Assembly (NCBI GenBank): GCA_963514005.1
Contig: OY740814.1
Location: forward strand, 6,696,001-6,760,000
DNA length: 64,000 nt
Direction of reading: 5' to 3'
DNA from: Raja brachyura
Taxonomy: Eukaryota
Shown here piece after piece: positions 59,081-64,000 of the stretch. The notes under the pieces were generated by a model that saw only the letters and a program-made list of their open reading frames with translations, was not told where the DNA came from and searched no databases. Position numbers and translations under genes: made by a program. Position 1 is the first letter of the stretch. The number at the start of each line of letters is the position of its first letter.

Positions 59081-60643
59081 CAGTGCATTCAGACCCCCTT
59101 CAGTTTTTTCACATTTTGTTATGTTGCAGCTATTTTCTAAAATAGATTAAATTCATTATTTTTATCATCAATCTACACACAATACCCCAGAATGAAGAAC
59201 CAAAAACAGGTGTTTAGAAATTTTTGCAAAGTAATTGAAAATATATAACTGAAATATCACATTTACATAAGTATTCAAATCCTTTACTCAGTATATTGTT
59301 GAGGCACCTTTGGCAGTGATTACAGCCTCAAGTCTTCATGGGTATGACGCTACAAGCTTGGCACACCTGTATTTGAGTAATTTCTCCCATTCTTCTCTGC
59401 AGATCCTCTCAAGCTCTGTCAGATTGGATGGGGAACGTCGATGCACAGCTATTTTCAGGTCCCTCCAGAGATGTTCTATCGGGCTCTGGCTGGGCCACTC
59501 AAGGACATTCACAGACTTGTCCCAAAGCCACTCCTGTTATCTCTTGGCTGTGTGCTTAGGGTCGTTGTCCTGTTGGAAGGTGAACCTCCGCCCCAGTCTG
59601 AGGTCCGGAACACTCTGGAGCAGGTTTTCATCAAGGATCTCTCTGTACTTTTCTCCGTTCATCTTTCCCTCGATCCTGACTAGGCTCCCAGTTCCTACCA
59701 CGGAAAAACATCCCCACAGCATGATGCTGCCACCACCATGAATCACCGTAGGTATGGTATTGGCCATGTGACGAGCGGCGTTTGGTTTCCTACAGACGTG
59801 ATGCTTGGCATTCAGGCCAAAGAGTTGAATCTTGGTTTCATCAGACCAGAGAATCTCCTTGGTGCCTTTTGGCAAACTCCAAGCGGGCTGTCATGTGCCT
59901 TTTACTGAGGAGTGACTTCTATCTGGCCACTACCATAAAGGCCTGATTGGTGGAGTGCTGCTGAGATATAGTTGCCCTTCTGGAAGGTTCTCCCATCTCC
60001 ACAGAGGAACTCTAGAGCTCTGTCAGAGTGACCATCGGGTTCTTGGTCGCTCAGTTTGATTGCTCAGTTTGGCCAGGAGGCCAACTCTATGAAGAGTCCT
60101 GGTGGATCTAAAGTTCTTCCATTTAAGAATGACAGAGGCCACTGTGCTCTTTCAGACCTGCTGCAGAAATTGTTTTATACCCTTCCCCAGATCTGTGTCT
60201 CGACACAATCCTCTCTCGTAGGTCTACAGACAATTCCTTTGTCTTCATGGCTTGGTTTTTGCTCTGACATGCACTGTTAACTGTGGGACCTTGTATAGAC
60301 AGGTGTGTGCCTTTCCAAATCATGTCCAATCAATTTAATTCACCATTGGTGGACTCCAATCAAGTTGTAGAAACATCTCAAGGATAATCAATGGAAACCG
60401 GATGAACCTAAGCTCAATTTTGAGTGTCAAAGGAAAGGATCTGAATATTTATGTAAATGTGATATTTCAGTTATTTCTTTTCAATTACTTTGCAAAAAAT
60501 TCTAAACACCTGTTTTCACTTCTTCATTCTGGGGTATTGTATGTAGATTGATGAAAAAAAAGAGTTTAATCCATTTAAAAATAAGGCTGTAATGTAACGA
60601 TGTGGTAAAAGTGAAGGGATCTGAATACTTTCGGAATGCACTG
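59081..60643 (-). mobile_element. Tc1-family IR/DR DNA transposon (defective)
   Basis: TA|CAGTGCATTC...GAATGCACTG|TA, about 200-bp TIRs with inner and outer TATTCA direct repeats. Confidence 0.95.
59288..60248 (-). pseudogene. Tc1 DDE transposase (frameshifts and deletions)
   Basis: [56 protein letters not shown] motifs. Confidence 0.93.
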
Positions 60644-62474
60644 TAGTAATGAACTAACAAGAATTTGGTGAATTTGAAAACAGATTTAAAATGTTATTTT
60701 GTTTTTTTTAAGGAGGATGCAAGAGTGGATTTAACTTTGATTGGTGTGTCTGGTGCTTGTATTCTACTTGGTATTAATCATTCTAGCTGCTTTCAGACTT
60801 GCATTAACCCAATGTAATAGGATATGGCTTTCACCACCTAGCAACAACTTTGTGTATCTGTCATCATCACGTCACTTCCTGCTGTTTGGGCAGCTGTGAA
60901 GATTATTGTGCTGTGAAGGTCATGAAGATAGCAGCATGTTCCTATTTGGGTGGTTTGTTTACAAGTTTAGTAGTTTTGTTAAAGGAATGAGAGCAATGCA
61001 CTCATGTGTTTGCAAATGGGATTCCGAAGTCTTGTCCAGAATGCAAAATAAGTAGTTGCAGCAGAATACAATCCATAGCTTTTCTTCCACCAGCTCCAAT
61101 ATTGTTTTAAGTATAGTAATCAACAGGTGCAAGAACAATTATTCTTTGCAAATGGATTTTTCCCAGAAACTAGTTTCAATTAGCATAAATTGAATTTCGT
61201 AATATTAACCGCATTTCATGCTTCATTTGCTTTCAGTATTTATGGGTGCGTTAAACCTGTATAATAAGCAAATGTTAAAAGTGATCATTCAGTAGAATAA
61301 TTCAGGATTTTCGGTATTGTATTGCATGTTGGGTTTCCTGCTTGAACTTAATAGTCTGTTAAACTGCAGACAGAGAGACAGACACATGCAATTTTTAATC
61401 ACTAAGTTCTGAAGTTGTTTTTAATCGTGTGGCTTGAGGTTACATTTGTGTAAACTCTGTAATATTTTAAAACTGGATAAAATGCATTACTGAAGACAGG
61501 GAAAACATTCTAATCAGCTGACACTCCTTAACCTTTACATGTAAAGTTTTCAATATCATTGAATTGTTTCCAAAATTTCTTAAATCAATTAAACACAGTA
61601 AAACCCCATTAAAGCAGATGATCGGGGCTGATATTTCTTGGGATATTAAAGCACTGCATTGTCAGAGATATTTTGCATTATTAATTGTGTTAAAATATCC
61701 TATAATGTTGGTTAAAGCCCAATGAAAGTCCAAATTTTGTAGAATAAACCAATGACCGGATTTAAAAGGTCTAGGATGCCTGAGGTCATGAACAATTATG
61801 TAAATACCTTCTAATTGCTCTCTCGCTCTAATCTCTCTCTGTGCATCACTCTTCCTCCTCCTCCCCACCCCCAGTTGTCCATTTGCATCTGTTTCCATTT
61901 TCTCTCCATTCTCTACCTTTATCCTCTCTCTGCCTGTCTCCTCTCCGAACTGCCCCAGTTTGTCCACTTCCCTCCTCACTCTGTTTTGTCCTTTCCTCAC
62001 TTCTAGTTCTCTCAATTAATTTTCCTATTCTTCCTTCACTCCAGTTTTGCAGGTTATGATATGGCTAATGAGGGCAATGTGGACATTGATGAATATTCTG
62101 CAGAAAGAGGCGACTGACAAGTATTCTGTGAAGGAGTACGCTTCTTCCGCCAGTTAGGCAGGGCTTCCTGATACATATAATTCAAGGCTTTGGTTCTCAA
62201 TACCATGTTCCTTCTCTGCTTTGCATGCTCCCATGACAGTGGCTACCAGGAGTCAGTGGAGATGATACAATTTTTTTGTGTTTTTTTTTTCCCTTTGAAT
62301 ACATCTTTATAATCTTTTTCTCTGTCCCAACACAGCTTGATTCTCTAGGGAGCCTCATATTAGTTGTGTGAATGACTTTGCCTTCCCAACATGGCTCGGG
62401 GGGGGGGGGGGGGGAATAACAATGTTTTAATCGTACCTGGCAGTTATTTGTTCCTAAACAACCAGTTTAATTTA

Positions 62475-62785
62475 ATTTAGTTCAGTTTAGCAACAGAGCA
62501 CGGAAACTGTGCTTTGGCCCACCGAGTCCATGCCAACCATCTATCACCTGTTTACACTAATTCTTTGTTGTCCTACTTTCTCATCCACTCCCAACACAGA
62601 AGGGACAATTTACAGATGCCAATTAACCTTTGGGATGTGCAGGAAAGCAGAGCACCCAGATATAACCCCCTGCGGTCACAGGGAGAACATGTAAACACTT
62701 GCGGCCGGCAGCCAATGTTAGGATCGAGCCCAAGTTTCAGATGTTGTTGGGCTGCAGCTTGACTTGCTGCACCACTGTGCCGTCC
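62475..62785 (-). mobile_element. Old HE1-like SINE
   Basis: Degenerate reverse-complement match to the other copies. Confidence 0.65.
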
Positions 62786-63699
62786 ATTAGCTGGTCATTC
62801 ATCCTGTCCTCATGGGATCTTGCTTGTGTATATAACGTAGCCATACTCCAACAAAGTGGATGAAGAGCTCAAGGTAGAATCTGAGAAGGGGGTGGGAGTC
62901 GTCTTTTGCTTCTTTGGCAACTTGCAAGGAAAAATACTTGGCCAACATTGGTCCTTTTCTAAATTCTCAATTTTTAAAGATGAAATGTGGATGAAATGAC
63001 TGTCACAGTTTACCTGCAATAAGGCAATTCTAATGTTACTTTGAAACTTTACAAAATGTTAACCTAACTTTATCTGTTAAAATTTGGGTAACGTGCAAAT
63101 TAGTACGGTGTTTTAAATTCAAAGTCTAAGATCAAATATTACTTGGATTTTATATTTAACTTCGTAATTTAACCGAATCAAGCAAATATTTATTCTGAAG
63201 CCTTCTTAATGATTTTATTTCTTTGATAGTCAACATGACTTGCAATTTCTACATCTCATTTTTATGGCCTTCGGCAAAACAGAATAGTATTTCTGATAAA
63301 TTAACTTTTAATGTCTTTGTCAGATTGGTGCTGCAAGTTCTTTGATCTGAAAATGAAATAGCTCATTAAACTAGATTCATCCACTTGCATGTCACTAACA
63401 TAATTAAAATACGAAGTTTCAAAATTTGGAAACAAGTTTGTGTTTTTATTTTTGCTCGTTCACTTATTAGTCATTTCCATGTTTTCCTCTTTTGCATTAA
63501 CTATCTTATTCAGTTCAAATGTTTGTCCCTATTTGTCATCTTGCAGTGACATACATCACGATGCATTCCTATGTTTTGAACAACGCAAGTTATCATCATG
63601 GCAGTAATTACAGAGTTTGAATTATATCAGTCAGTTAAGTGGGTTACTTAAAATAATTACTGATGATGGTAGGAAAATTGAATAATTTTCAATAGACAA

Positions 63700-64000
63700 T
63701 AGCCAATCGGTGCAGGAGTAGACCATTCGGCCCTTCGAGCCAGCACTGCCATTCAGATTCAGGTTACCTTTATTGTCATTCAGACCTTTCGGTCTGAACA
63801 AAATTTCGTGCCTGCAGTCATACATATATTAAAAGCAACAAAAACATACAATAAACACAAATTTAACATCCACCACAGTGAGTTCACCAAACACCTCCTC
63901 ACTGTGATGGAAGGCAAAGGTCTTAGTCTTTGTCTCTTCCCTCCTTATTCTCCCTCTGCGCTGAGGCGATCCAGGCCTCCGATATTGTGACCCCGCCGGG
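63700..64000 (-). mobile_element. CR1 tail fragment followed by a LINE-type 3' end (window edge)
   Basis: GGTGCAGGAGTAGACCATTCGGCCCTTCGAGCC, then (ATTCAG)n...TTTATTGTCA tail. Confidence 0.55.

Noticed and set aside
55990-62130. Candidate second exons for the CpG-island gene (55990, 60713, 62053)
   Set aside because: Each hits a stop in the phase needed to continue MKSDR and lacks a strong donor.

Overview
Eukaryotic vertebrate genomic DNA, most consistent with an elasmobranch such as a skate or ray (inferred from HE1/V-type SINEs, CR1 LINEs with (TTTCTATG)n tails and Penelope-derived repeats). The window is dominated by nested transposons: a 5'-complete CR1 LINE (10.96-15.32 kb) and many truncated copies, Rex1/Babar, L2 and Tx1 fragments, a structurally complete but mutated DIRS tyrosine-recombinase retrotransposon (31405-36229), a Tc1 IR/DR element (59081-60643), two non-autonomous Helitrons, fold-back MITEs and many Penelope terminal repeats carrying a minimal hammerhead motif. 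Host sequence includes a CpG-island promoter near 52 kb with an RFX X-box, a minisatellite holding seven perfect CRE sites and a probable first exon, plus scattered candidate exons of an unidentified + strand transcript. The most notable observation is a CAAAGA...TCTTTG, 8-bp-TSD transposon family present as a 967-bp element and as two ultra-short remnants (31 bp and 12 bp, each between 8-bp duplications) that resemble P-element excision footprints. No intact host CDS could be named. Boundaries of old, degenerate repeats are approximate.
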